A stretch of 64,000 nt of DNA from Lingula anatina. Taxonomy: Eukaryota > Animalia > Brachiopoda. This document shows, in pieces, positions 1 to 11,886 of the stretch. A program made the translations under genes and the position numbers. Positions within the stretch are counted from its first letter, which is position 1; each line of letters opens with the position of its first letter. The stretch covers positions 39,720,788 to 39,784,787 of the forward strand of contig CM120640.1 in the NCBI GenBank assembly GCA_051362555.1. The letters are read 5' to 3'. Under the pieces are notes generated by a model that had not been told where the DNA came from, did no database searches, and was given only the letters and a program-made list of their open reading frames with translations.

Positions 1-1947
1 AGACCTTGATAGTTTTATGTGATAAGAAGACTGGTAGATTCTACATTTGATTTGTCCTTGCATTGTTGTTGAACCCTCATATTTATATATAACCTTATTT
101 CTTCCTTGTGAAGGTTTGATCATGTATATATGAGCAACTAGAAGCAGGAGGTGGACCAGTAAGTTATAAGCAGGCCTGGCATGCTATCTCTCATATTTAT
201 ATACATATATATAAATGTATACACACACAAATATTTTTATATATCAAAGTCATCTTGGTTGAGTGTTGTCTGGTATGCTTGGGGTCACTAACACAGCAGC
301 TGGTGGGACGTGGTGTGAATCAGGTGGATTGTGTTTATTCTCAACCACTGTCTCAACTACCACACTCCCATGTCTTGGTCTTCTGGCTCTTCTGTGTTCT
401 TAAGGTTATCACTAACAGATTTCTTTCAGCTGTTATTATTTTTTTTAGGGTGGGGCATGGTTATTAATTAGCATGACTTGATGGTCTCCTTTTGTTTGCA
501 TGCCAGTATATATACTATATATTTAGTTAGAATGCAAAATTGTGCAGGAAAGGATTGGGGACAATTGCTTGTATGTGTAGTAACTGTAATGTATAGTTCT
601 GTGCCTTTGTCTGTTATTTTCTTTCTACCTCCCCCCCCCCTCCCCCCTCCCCAGTTTACAGTGGAAGTAACTACCCAGAAGCGCATTCATACATAATACA
701 TTTTGTTCATTTGCAATGGTCTGTGTTACCTTGTGGATACCTTTGGTTGTTAGATGTTGTTGTTAGCTATTGTATTGTGGTACAGTTCAGCCACTGGGTC
801 CAAATTGCATGTTTGCAAGCCCTAGCCAAGGAGAGTCTCAAAACAAAGCAGATTATTCCAATAATTCTTAGCCACATTATTGATACTTAAAGAGAAAGAG
901 ACGGATGGGAACTGTCATTCATAACAGGTGTATCTCTTTTGATACTGAAGTTGGGTTTGAAATCTCTGTCTGCTAACTGAGATCTTCACATGACACAAGG
1001 ATCCTTCTCTGTTTCATTATTCATGTATCAGATGAAAAGAGGGTCCCCTCAATATTTGAGGGGTGATATGAAAAAAAAATGTGAAAAAATACAGAGGGTT
1101 GTGGATTTAGAATGTTGGTATTGAATATTAAAGTTTTGAGACTCTTGACTGGTGCCTTGCATCATTGTTCTAAGTCTCACATGTAGTCACACATAATACA
1201 TCCTGCAAACACAAGTTTAAACATTAAATTATGTGTAAGGAAATGGTGTTGTTTGATACAGTGCACATTGAAATACATGTAATAGTTGAGAAAGTTCTTT
1301 TTGAAGTGCTTGATTTTGTTCGTATTTACCTGTTCAAATTTTCTTTTTTTCTTCATGAAGATGTTTATCTTGACAAAAATAAAAAAAAGAAAAAAGCATA
1401 TCTAATCACTAACCATTTACCTTGAACCCGCATGAAGAATAGAATTATCAGACCCAAAGCCAGTGATTATTCCTTGAAATAAAATCTGTATATACTAATC
1501 ATGTACCTTAAACCTGTGTGATATTTTAACAATCTGACTTCAATGGAGACCACAAAAAATATGAGTAAAACTAATCAGTCATATTGAACTTGCTTGAAAA
1601 TTAATATTGTGTTTTGCAATGAGTTTCTGGAACTTGCAATGAAAAACTAATCAGAATCTAATTGGTCTGCTATTAAAAGGCATAAAATGTTTGTCTTTTT
1701 CCTTTATCAGAAAACTCCAGACCTGAAAGATCAGTCAGTTACCATAAATCCATTTGTAATTTTTTTTTTTGTCTACAATGTTTGAGATTTGCATATAATA
1801 ACTCTTACCATTATATAACTACACTAATTTTACTTATACATAAACTTGGGATTTTGTTGAAGTAATGTTTATATATGTTTTTAATACATCACCTCAGCAA
1901 GTGTATTATACATAGTGTACTTCATTTCTTCCTTTTGTCTTTTCCAG

Positions 1948-3749
1948 ATGCCAGCTTCAAGCAGCTTGTCTCTGGTGTCAAGGCCATGCAAACATCGCGA
2001 CTAGATGACCAGAGAGGATTACTGCTCTCCCAGCCTGAACTCCCAGACTTCTTAAAGAAACCTGCTCACTCTTCCTCCGACAAAGAAAATTCACCTAATG
2101 CAGGTAATAGACACTCGGAAATCTTTCCTCAGAGACAGGAATCGGAACCCTCTTACATATATGGAGGTGGACCTAGCAGTCAGGATTCCATTGACTCTCA
2201 CTTGATGAAATCGACTTCTCAGCCGTCACTGGCCTCTGACCACAGTAGTAGAAGTGCTGGTAGCCGAGGAAGCAGCAGTAGCACTGGAGACAGGAGATCT
2301 TTGAAGACTTTCCATACGTTTGGTCACCTCTCCCCTGGTGATTTCCCTGCCCATCTGGACACAAGTTTCAGTGGGGAGGGAATTTTACCCTCCCACTTAG
2401 AGGCAGAGGAGTACTTTGACCAGGCCTATAGGTATCCCTCTGAGCTCAATGAGAGAGGCCTCAGTGACTATGACTTAGATTCTTCAGCTCACAGCAGCCT
2501 GTTTACAAACTCACAGATTAGAGATTCCTTTCCCTTTCATGGAGACAGTCGGGATTCTTTTCCCATGGGTCACCCTGGAGGTGATAGGTTCTCATATGGC
2601 TCTGACTGCAGAAGCTCTTCTAGTTCACGGGGGAGTGTGGGAAACTCGAAAAGAACTACAACCACACGTTCATACTCTGAAGATCCTGGAAATTATAAGC
2701 TGGCAGATAACAGGTTTTCAATGGAGGATAAGAATGTAGTAAAGACTAAGCCCCCTCCTCCTCCACCCAAACCACAGCGCTCCCTGTCTCAGCAGGATTC
2801 TAGTCCACAGACGCCTAAAGCTTACTCTAGAGTTTTTGAGGAGATTAGCTCACCTGTCACTCCTGGACTTAATAGAACTGTGATAGAGAACTATACAGAA
2901 ATCACTGAAGCTGACTTAGATGCTACTCTCATAGCAGCCCAGCAGTCTCCTCGTCCCGACTCTGTTCCTCCTCCGCCACCCTCAGTAATGGATGGCAGTC
3001 TGACAGAGTTCCAGGAAGCAGATTTCCCTCCTCCTCCCCCTGTGACTGGCAACACAGGCAAACCCTGGGAGATCAGTATCATCCAACATGACTCTGGTGG
3101 AGAGGAACAGTTCAGATCTCCGTACTCCAGGCGCTTCCCACGATCACAAAGCTGTGAAACACAGAAAGGGGGCAAGGAGACTCATGTCCTGCAGAACACT
3201 AGGGGGCGCAGTTCTTCCTACCACCACCACAGCAGCTTCTCAGATGAAGGAGACATTGGGACAGACACAGAGCCTGCTAACTGCAGTGCAGAGACAACCA
3301 GTAACACTAGTCGTCTGTCGCCACCAGCTTCCACACCATCTCCCACGACCCATGACCTCTTACCTCTAGACAGCCCTAGCCCCAAAGCCAGGACTAGGCT
3401 AGACTTCACATCCAATGCTTATAACCCTAATCCTGCTGCTGCTTCTCATGCAATCAAATATAATCATCATTCGGCATATTCCGGACAGGGCAGACAGCCT
3501 TCCGTTCAGCCAGCGCCAAGTTATCACAGCACCACTGGTGGCTCCACCTATCCAGCATTACAGAGATCACCTGTAGGTGTCAGTGCTGTGCAGAACAGGC
3601 AACCAGCCCCATATGTTCCTCCTCCCAGCTACAGTAAAAGTATGGCCCGCCCAGAACTGCGCACAGCAGCTGTTAGGAAGACTGGGGTCAGCTCTGGGCC
3701 GTATGACCAGGGCCAGCAGAGATCTGATGTCAAAATTACTTTTGTTTGA
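1948..3749 (+). CDS. RGS12: Last coding exon of an RGS12/loco-like regulator of G-protein signalling (GoLoco motif, long Ser/Pro-rich tail, PDZ ligand); upstream exons not identified in the window
   Basis: Polypyrimidine tract plus CAG acceptor at 1945-1947 (phase 1). The translation begins with the GoLoco signature Q..RLDDQRGLL....LPDFLK and ends in ITFV-stop, like the ATFV C-terminus of vertebrate RGS12. Confidence 0.8.
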
Positions 3750-6414
3750 TTTGGAGAAAATTTATATATGGTGGACTCTGCATAACTTGTCACCTTAACT
3801 CAGATTATTGTTTTGTCTTGAAAAGATTTTGTGTAATGAAATAATTTTTGAAATTCATTTTTATTTTCGTATTAGCTGAAGTGTCATGTAACTTGAACAA
3901 ACTTTTTTCTCTCAGAACATATCAGAGTTATGCAGAGGCTACAAAATTTATACTGCTACTGTCTTTCTAGCTGTAGATGCTGTGTACTGGAATAAAATGC
4001 CAATATTTGACCTAGGCTTTTATTATGCTGTAAATGGAGGCAGTTTTAACAAAGTTGTGTACACCTGTCATTCAATTTTTATTGTTAAAAATACTACCCA
4101 TGTAACTGTTGGGATATTTATTTCATTTACTAGGGGGTAAGATATATGTAACTGTGTATGTATATATATATATATACTAGTATATATCTTAGTGATGTGT
4201 AAATATGTAAAAAATGTACATACTGTATCTTCTATAACTTCATATGCTAGTATAGCTGGAAGATGCCAAGGTGTGTAGAGTCTGATGGTTTCTCTAAACT
4301 GTTCAGAGCTAGTCACATTGATGTTTATTGTCATATTCCACTGAAACAGGGTACTACATATATATATATGCACCTCCATATCAATTGCATTGAAATGTGT
4401 TTATCATTAATTGTATATAAGAATTAAGTAAGTCTCAGTAATGTCTTCAGCATATTTAACACAATAATATCATCAGTTTTGAATATTTTTTAAATGTTTA
4501 TTCCATCTCTTCCCACGAAGGGCTACCAAAACGATTGACTAAGGAAGTTTTAAGTGAGTTCATAGTAATAGTTTAGTTTGTAGATATTTTCAGAGTGCAT
4601 CTGACAGCCTGTATGGAATTTAACGCAAAGGTGATTTTAACTCCTCCAGTTGGGGCTTTTACCAGTATTCCTTCCCACTTAGATCTCTATTTCCCAAGCT
4701 TGATCTCTTACCAAATGTTTTATTTTTTCCTTCTTTTTTTTTTTCAACTGGAAGAACACAGATGTTAAAACATTGTGTTGATAACTTGACAATCTTTTAA
4801 CAGTTTACACCATTTTAGCAGTACCTGTAAAACAGACACCTGCGATATTTGTCACCATGATTGTATCATGTTTTGCTATCACTCATTTTAATTTGGACAT
4901 TGTTGATTCGTAGTTGAGACTAAGTTGAAGTTGCAGATCAAGCAAAGCTAATCAGTTCCGACTTTGTGAAGTCTTCCTTGCCAACAGTTATTTATGTGGG
5001 AGAACTTTTTAAAATCTTAATGATAAGATATGTGTTACTGCTGTATATTATGAACTTCAAAAGAATTTTTCCTCCTAGGCGCAAAAAAAGCAATAAAATT
5101 GCTGTCATTATATTAAACTCTGTCAGCTCTTTTCTTCTTTTAACTGTCTCAAAATGGGAAAGTGCCAGTAGCTTCACAAGCTTATTTTGTTCGGGTAATT
5201 TTGACAAAAAAAGTTTGTGATTTAAATGCCCAAACCAAGTTGAATCATATTTACAATTTGGAAAAAAAGCACCTTTAATTATGTGCAATAATAAATTCTA
5301 ACCTTTACTGAGGTAAAGTGCAGTCACTTGAATCAATTCAAAACCTTTTGGGATGTTGCCACTTGATCAGTTGAAAAAAATTGAAGTATCCAACTATTTA
5401 AAAGAAAATATCATGTTCAATATTTAAATTGATGACAATGGTGTAAGTGAAGTCAATCTTGTGAGTACCTGCCTAATAAATAGTTCTTAAGAGAAAGATA
5501 ACTAAAACGGCTATTTGATGGGAACACAACTGTCTTTATTTGAAGCAATTTAAACACCAGGGTGTGAATAATTACAAATTTCCCAATGTTCTTCTACATA
5601 TTCAATTCCCGTTGCATGTCAATGCAAACAACTGCTCTCCTAACAACTGATGCAGATGATAAATACAAGACTTTGGTCAACTGGTATTTTAAAAATTAAT
5701 GCTAAAAAGACAAGATAATATAAATGTCATTAAAACTGATGTATTTGAGTTGAATCATGACTTCAGGATGTACATTGACCCCTGTCATAATATTATATGA
5801 GGAACTCTGGGGTTCTCTGCAGTAATATGTCCAAAACTAGACTGTGTGAAGCCAGCGTCACACACACAACTCGTATAACACAGATCTATCACTTTTAGCA
5901 GTTCATCCAAATACTGATAAAAATACCATTTGTGCCCAAACGTATCTGGACAACTTATGGGCACAGTAGGAATAACACCATTCATTTCCAACGAAGAAAA
6001 CTTGAATGAAACTGAACTGCAGAAATATAATGCCATATTCACACCTTTAACATCTGAAATGGAAGGAAAAGAACAGCTAAATTGAAATATCCATCCTCCT
6101 TGTCTTAATTAGCAGATCCTTGCTCTTTTAGTGTTAAAATTCTGAGTACAGCTCTTTCCACCAGTAGCTAGACACATTGTGCCCATTGTTCCTTATACTT
6201 GCATCACTTTAACCACTATCTACAAACCAAATTCCTTGTATGCAACACTCCGTATACCAACACTTCACACCACCCAATTTTTATTGGAAGGACCATATAG
6301 ACTTCAGCCTTATACATTAGTTAAGTCCTAACTTCCTGGTTTTACAACACCATTCTTTATCCTGCTTGTACCTGCTGTCTGAATATTCCTCATGCACAGA
6401 ACAACACACTGATG

Positions 6415-6611
6415 TTACACCTGAATCTGCTGCAGTTCAATAACCTGGGAATGCTGCACTGGCACAGACTGTCTGTACTCAATTATTCCATTCCTCTGAT
6501 GACCATATTCAAATTTGATTCTCAGTTCTCCTATCCTAGATTGAGGTAAGATATCTGGTATCCATTCTATTATAAATGGTGTCGGCTCCCTCTGCTCTTG
6601 AGCCATGTTGC
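6415..6611 (-). CDS. C2orf42: C2orf42 canonical last coding exon
   Basis: Conserved [13 protein letters not shown] motif; stop at 6417-6415; minus-strand AATAAA at 6285-6280. Confidence 0.85.
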
Positions 6612-9600
6612 CTGAAATTGGATCATGTTCTGAACATTAAAAAGTAGGTAGTCTACAGCCATGTAATTTCTTTTGAGGTCGTCTTTTTATTTTATGTAAC
6701 TGTGGACAATATTTGTTAGCATATCATATTTCAGACAGTTCCATTTCATGATTTTAAAGCTTAAGGCCAAATATATCTCTTTGTACTAAAAAAATCATTT
6801 ATTAAAAAAGTAACTCTGTTACATTTCCAATATTTTCACTTTGTTGTCTACCAGAAGATATGTTGCAAATAATACAGCCAGCTACATACCAACTTTTAAG
6901 TACGTTTTCAGTTCAAATGGCCTGATTGGAGTCTGGTTCTTGTTCTGCTTAAAAGGTTCATCAAGGTTTTCCACCTGAACCTTTGGAACCTCATACAAGT
7001 CATAAGTGCCATCTCGATTTTCAACAAAATTCCTGGTAATTTCAAGGGACATCTGCAACAATTATTCCATTTCAGATAAATAACTTGGAAACCTTCTAAA
7101 TCAAACTTCATTTTTAAAGTATACATAATTAAAATAATACATAGCACAAGGGAAAACATAAATTCTATTTCACAGCAAAAATGCTTCACACATAGTATGC
7201 CAACCTTCACAAACTTCATCGTATAAGTAACAGTCATCCTCCATTCAGTATAACAGACAAAAAAAAAAAAAAAATGCATCTAATCAGCTTTCCTTTACCT
7301 CTGGTGTATCAAATATCTGCTTAACATGCAGAACATTGGTGATATGCCAGGTGTACTTGGTAAATGTTCCAAGAGGAAGAGCATCTCTCCGGACAAAAGC
7401 AGTGGTACTATTTGGCAGCCTCTTTTTCTTGTTTCCTGTTGCGATCCTCTGCTGGAGACAGTCAAAGAAACATTGGGGAGCATGGAAAACTAAAGGGTCG
7501 GGATTCCCTGCAACAAGTCATAGTAAAATCAATAAAAATATTGCTAAAAATGCAGTGTTAATAATCAAATAATACAATAGTTTCCTTGGCAATCTTAAAA
7601 ACTAATTAATTCTGCATGAAATACAATCATAATATATGAGGGACATCAGCAATACTTAAAATTATGGAACCAATTTTACAATTTGATTTTCTTACCATCA
7701 AACTGGTAGTGCATTGTCTGGTTTATTCTCTCTGTAACACTTGCCAACCACTGATGAAAGCTTATAAACACCTGGCTTTCCTCCACAGGTAGGTTGTTTA
7801 ACACTGTAACAGAAGAAACTTTAGCATCACAGGTTTTGAGAAATAACCCATCCATCTTAACAAATATATTTTGACCCTCACAATATTATAAGTAATTGTG
7901 AGTCTTTAATTTATCTAAACCATTTCATAAAAGCCCTCCTGTTTCACTCGAGACTATTCACAATATATCCCATACCTGTTTTCTTTGGCGTGACACTTGG
8001 CGTTTTCTGGCTGACAGCCTGTGGTTTTGCTGGGCTGGGCTTCTTTGGTGTTGTGGTATTGACACTTTCTTGTAGGGTTAGCAGTGCACTACTGGCTTGA
8101 GCTATAAAAAGATCACATCAATTTCATATCTATAAAGGCTATGGTACAACTGTTTAATTTTTATTTTCAATTTCAGTTAAGAGCTGTTGGTTGTCTGAAA
8201 AAAAAAATACAATTCTAAACATTGAAATTAAAACAATTCTATGTGCAGGCATCATGCTAACACTAAGGTAAGAGCAGTGTGTAACTAAAACCACATATTG
8301 CTGAAATAATCATTGCCTAAACTTACCCAAGGTATCATCCTTCTTCTTCTTAGCTGTTGGTGGTCTCAGGAAGTCATCTGTTTCTTCCTGTAGAACTACC
8401 TCTACCTGTGTGGGGTCCGTGACAGCAGGGTGGTCCTGTCCGTCAGGAGGGTTGATCAGAGACACCAGCTGGCGTTCCGCTGAAACATCTGAAAATTATG
8501 AGCATATTAACTCTAACATTTGTTCCCTTGATTTGCTGTCAAAGTTACTTTATCAGCCTGTGCCAAATATTTCTATCCTACTGGTCCTTTGGGCCACCAG
8601 GGTCCAAAACAGGAACAGTAGCTCATTATTTAACAAATTCACAAATTAACTGGCCCATTTTCATTGTTAGCATCACAGATTGCTTAATTAATAAAGCTTT
8701 ATAAACACATTCTACCCCAAGACATTCATATCACTCTGTTATAACAACAACACAGCAGTTGTATAAATCCAATTTCTTTTTATGTTGATTATGTGCTAAA
8801 AATAATTTTTATACATAAAGAGTATTGTTAACTGTAAAGAAACACGACTCTGCCTTACCTTCATTGGCCACTCTGTCCAGAGCTATGTAGTATGCAAACT
8901 CTTCTGCTAGTTTGTCATCACTGCCAAATGCAGTGATGCATGCATAGAAATGAACACATCTTTTCTGTGGGTCATGTTTAGAACTACCTTCCTTCTGAGC
9001 CTGCAGACACAATATTACATCAATTATACAGTTGCCTACACTTGTAGGTTTACATCTGAGATATAAAGTATATAAATTGTCAACAGATACGTATTGAAAT
9101 TTTTATCACAAAATTATGTCTATGTTTTTCTTTTGCAGTTGACTCTGCTCATAGGGTTAACAAGTCCATATCATGACTAGGTACTTTTCTAAGATGTTAA
9201 ACTTAACATCAAACATCTTTTACTGACCTGTGGTAAATCATTTAAGCAAAGAATAATAATGATGTTAAAGTATATGTACCTTAAAAGCTTTACAGCTGCA
9301 CTGAAACTTAAACTCTGGTTGAGGTCTATTACGATTTAATTTTGTCTCAAAGAAGGCAAAATGCAAAAATCCCAATGGATGCTTTTGATTGGGTTTGCAT
9401 TTGACAACCATCACATTTTTGGTAACTCTCTGTACTAATGGACCTGTAGTCTCTGTTGCCAGCAACCAAATTGACTGTTTTGTTTCATTGGAAATGTTCA
9501 AAGAATTCAATATTGAATTCTTCAGGGAGAGAGGCTGGGCCTCCTCAGCGCAGCCTATAGCTGCCTGGATGTGGGGGCAAGTGTCCCCTGTAAGATTCAG

Positions 9601-9984
9601 CTGAGAGTTTTTGCTACAGTTTTCAACATAACACCTAGATGCTGATGCTATAATTTCAGGGTCCACAGCCTCTGCTGGGTTGCCATCAATGTCCTGCACC
9701 AGAGGCAGCTGAACAAAGGCTCTATAGTCCGGACCCTTGTCTCGTAGACGCACTGAAAACACCTGAACATTTGAACCAGTTATGATCTTCACAGCATCCA
9801 CACTATGCTTTCCTTTCTTTTTCTGCACATCTCTGAAGATCACATCACAGGACTTGTTTTTACAGCTGATGCCTCTGGTGCCATTAAATGTACCACACTT
9901 CGGACATTTGCGAATGCCACGCATAGTTGGCTTTCCAAGGTCCCCAAAAAGGGCCTTGACTTTCTCTGGATTACTGAATGACAT
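6415..9984 (-). CDS. C2orf42: C2orf42-like protein (N-terminal treble-clef Zn finger), about 603 aa. Exons 9984-9280, 9000-8859, 8488-8327, 8101-7976, 7803-7696, 7507-7299, 7052-6890, 6611-6415
   Basis: Motifs [49 protein letters not shown] and [27 protein letters not shown] match the C2orf42 family. All introns are GT-AG with compatible phases; total 1812 nt. Confidence 0.9.
6890..7052 (-). CDS. C2orf42: C2orf42 exon ([15 protein letters not shown]...[10 protein letters not shown])
   Basis: AG/GT boundaries, conserved motif, phase 0 to 1. Confidence 0.85.
7299..7507 (-). CDS. C2orf42: C2orf42 exon ([18 protein letters not shown]...KYTWHITN)
   Basis: AG/GT boundaries, conserved motif, phase 1 to 0. 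Confidence 0.85.
7696..7803 (-). CDS. C2orf42: C2orf42 exon ([22 protein letters not shown])
   Basis: AG/GT boundaries and conserved motif. Confidence 0.85.
7976..8101 (-). CDS. C2orf42: C2orf42 exon (linker)
   Basis: AG/GT boundaries, 126 nt, open frame, phase 1-1. Confidence 0.75.
8327..8488 (-). CDS. C2orf42: C2orf42 exon (linker)
   Basis: AG/GT boundaries, 162 nt, open frame, phase 1-1. Confidence 0.75.
8859..9000 (-). CDS. C2orf42: C2orf42 exon ([13 protein letters not shown])
   Basis: AG/GT boundaries, phase 0 to 1, SWIM-like C-x-H motif. Confidence 0.85.
9280..9984 (-). CDS. C2orf42: C2orf42 large first conserved coding exon
   Basis: Within ORF 9265..10011; acceptor at 10003-10004, ATG at 9984, GT donor at 9279-9278. 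Confidence 0.9.
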
Positions 9985-10429
9985 TTTTGGCAGCTTAGTG
10001 TGCTGAAACAAATAAGAGGACCGTTAATTCAAAATAAAAACATCTACTCACACTACAGATCAATGCCTTATGCTAAAGAGTAATAATTAAATTAAACATT
10101 CATCCAAACAAAACATTGATCCAGTTAATATCACACAGTCATCTAAGTAGTTCACAAGTGCATAACTTTCACGGACATTAATATTTTTCTCATATTTTTA
10201 ATGCACTTAATGTTTTAGGTGAGTGAGAATTGATCTTGTATCTTGGTCTAAAACTGTCAAGTATGACTAACTCATAAATTGATGGCAATGTAAATAAACT
10301 ATCATTTTTCAAAAAAAATTAAGTAATGTTGGAAAAATCTGCAAATCTACATTGACAAGCAAGTGCACTTGCTCATAGTGTACTTGCTAACAGTCAATAG
10401 TCAGTACCACTACCAGACGACAAAAAACG

Positions 10430-10720
10430 CGGAATTCAAAATGGCGAAATAGTTACCAGTATATAGCCTGTGCGGAGCACCAAATCTTATATATTTGTGC
10501 TTGTAACGATGCTTGCCCTTTTTAACTCTTCCAGTAAAAATGCTTCATGTTATTTGTATTAACACGACATACGAAATGGGCATAATACCGCAAAACTTTT
10601 TCCTCCTTCGCCATCTTGTCTTTTTCACACGAACAACGGAAATAAGCTGTCATGTGATTGGATCATTTGCATCATGTGATATACTGAGCCAACCCATTGG
10701 TCAATTTATAACTATCATAA
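10430..10720 (-). promoter_or_regulatory. C2orf42 promoter / first-exon region, part of a divergent promoter interval shared with the sugar transporter
   Basis: Local CpG recovery, YY1-type ATGGCG motifs (10441 on +, about 10614-10609 on -), CCAAT-type ATTGG at about 10657 and 10696, and GT donors at 10572 and 10456 on -. Confidence 0.5.
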
Positions 10721-10902
10721 ACCCAAAGCCAGATGTTATAGTGACGATATATTTTTTTCAATCACTTGCTGTAAATAAATGAAGGACCACATTCGACAGA
10801 TTGTTTTTAAAATATTTACTACCTTCGGATGCATTATTTTTGTATCAATTTACAATGAGTTTCGCAAAGAATAATAATAATAAATAGTTTTAAGTCTATG
10901 TT

Positions 10903-10996
10903 GTTTATTTATTTATTCATTTATTTATAGATTTATTTATATTTATTTATTTATTTGTTTATTTATTTATGTACTTATTATCTGTTTATTCTTTTA
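10903..10996. repeat. (TTTA)n-type microsatellite
   Basis: Seen directly. Confidence 0.85.
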
Positions 10997-11464
10997 TTTT
11001 CCCATTCATTTAATTGTTTGGTTGCCGGCGGCGGAAAGTATCCCAACTTAAATAATTTTTACATATTTTTCATGTAATCTATCTTAATTATATTTATTAA
11101 TTATCATAGTTACAAATGTTAGGATGCTTCACCGTATATTAGCACTTCATCATAAATGCCCTGATTTTACTGACAGATCTACTTCATAGGATACAAGATA
11201 CAATGCAACTTCATTCCCAAATAAGATACATGTATTGTCTGTATCTTCGTAGAATAATGGTAAGAATTAAAAGTTCTTATTGTAAGCCCTAAATTCTGAA
11301 AGATAATGTACGTGTTACTATCATATGTTTTGATATCAATGTTGCATGAAGTGGTTAATATCGCAAATTCGCCTGAGGATCCTTATTTTTTAACCAATGA
11401 AGCCGCCTTCATGCAGTAATCCTTATCCCTTGAAGGGTAATAGTATGAAATGCATCTTAAACAT

Positions 11465-11636
11465 GGGGGGCGTCTCGATAATCCGAAGGTTCATTGGTCC
11501 GAAGGTTCATTGGTCCGAAAAGTGGTAACATTTTCATCGATTTTTTAATCAAGGGTTCATTGGTCCGAAGGTTCTATAGTGAACATTCGGACCAATGAAC
11601 CTTCGGACTTTTGAACCTTCGGACTGTTACATGTAC
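11465..11636. mobile_element. Non-autonomous DNA element built from a 16-bp subrepeat (TCCGAAGGTTCATTGG) in tandem and inverted orientation
   Basis: Direct copies at 11482-11520 and 11553-11580; inverted copies (TTCGGACCAATGAACCTTCGGA) at 11586-11625. Confidence 0.7.
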
Positions 11637-11886
11637 ATGGACTACAGTACAGCTAGGTACGGTATAGCACATGTATGGACCTTCTCACTAATAAAGTTTT
11701 TGCTGTCGGATCAATAAACATTCGTAGAGAAGAAAATTCAGAGTACCGGTATATTTGTATTATATTTGGTGGTTATGGCTTGATCATCACCATTTTCTCA
11801 AACAGGGATCTTTGCCTCGCCGTTTCGATGTAGGCAAAACGAAATCCCCCATTGGGCTAGGTATTTACTTTCCGTTTCCTGTAAAC

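Noticed and set aside
114-158. Possible small RGS12 exon (AG...GTAAGT)
   Set aside because: All three frames contain a stop within these boundaries.
1045-1063. Hairpin CCCCTCAA-TAT-TTGAGGGG
   Set aside because: Short stem with no matching flanking duplication; could be chance.
1875-1947. N-terminal part of ORF 1875..3749
   Set aside because: Intronic polypyrimidine tract read in frame; the exon starts at 1948.
11480-11630. CRISPR-like array of short repeats
   Set aside because: Eukaryotic DNA; the units are adjacent and inverted with no unique spacers and no cas genes, so a MITE explains it better.
11755-11886. N-terminal extension of the transporter ORF
   Set aside because: Begins at a non-ATG codon and has no transporter character; ATG 11887 has a good context.
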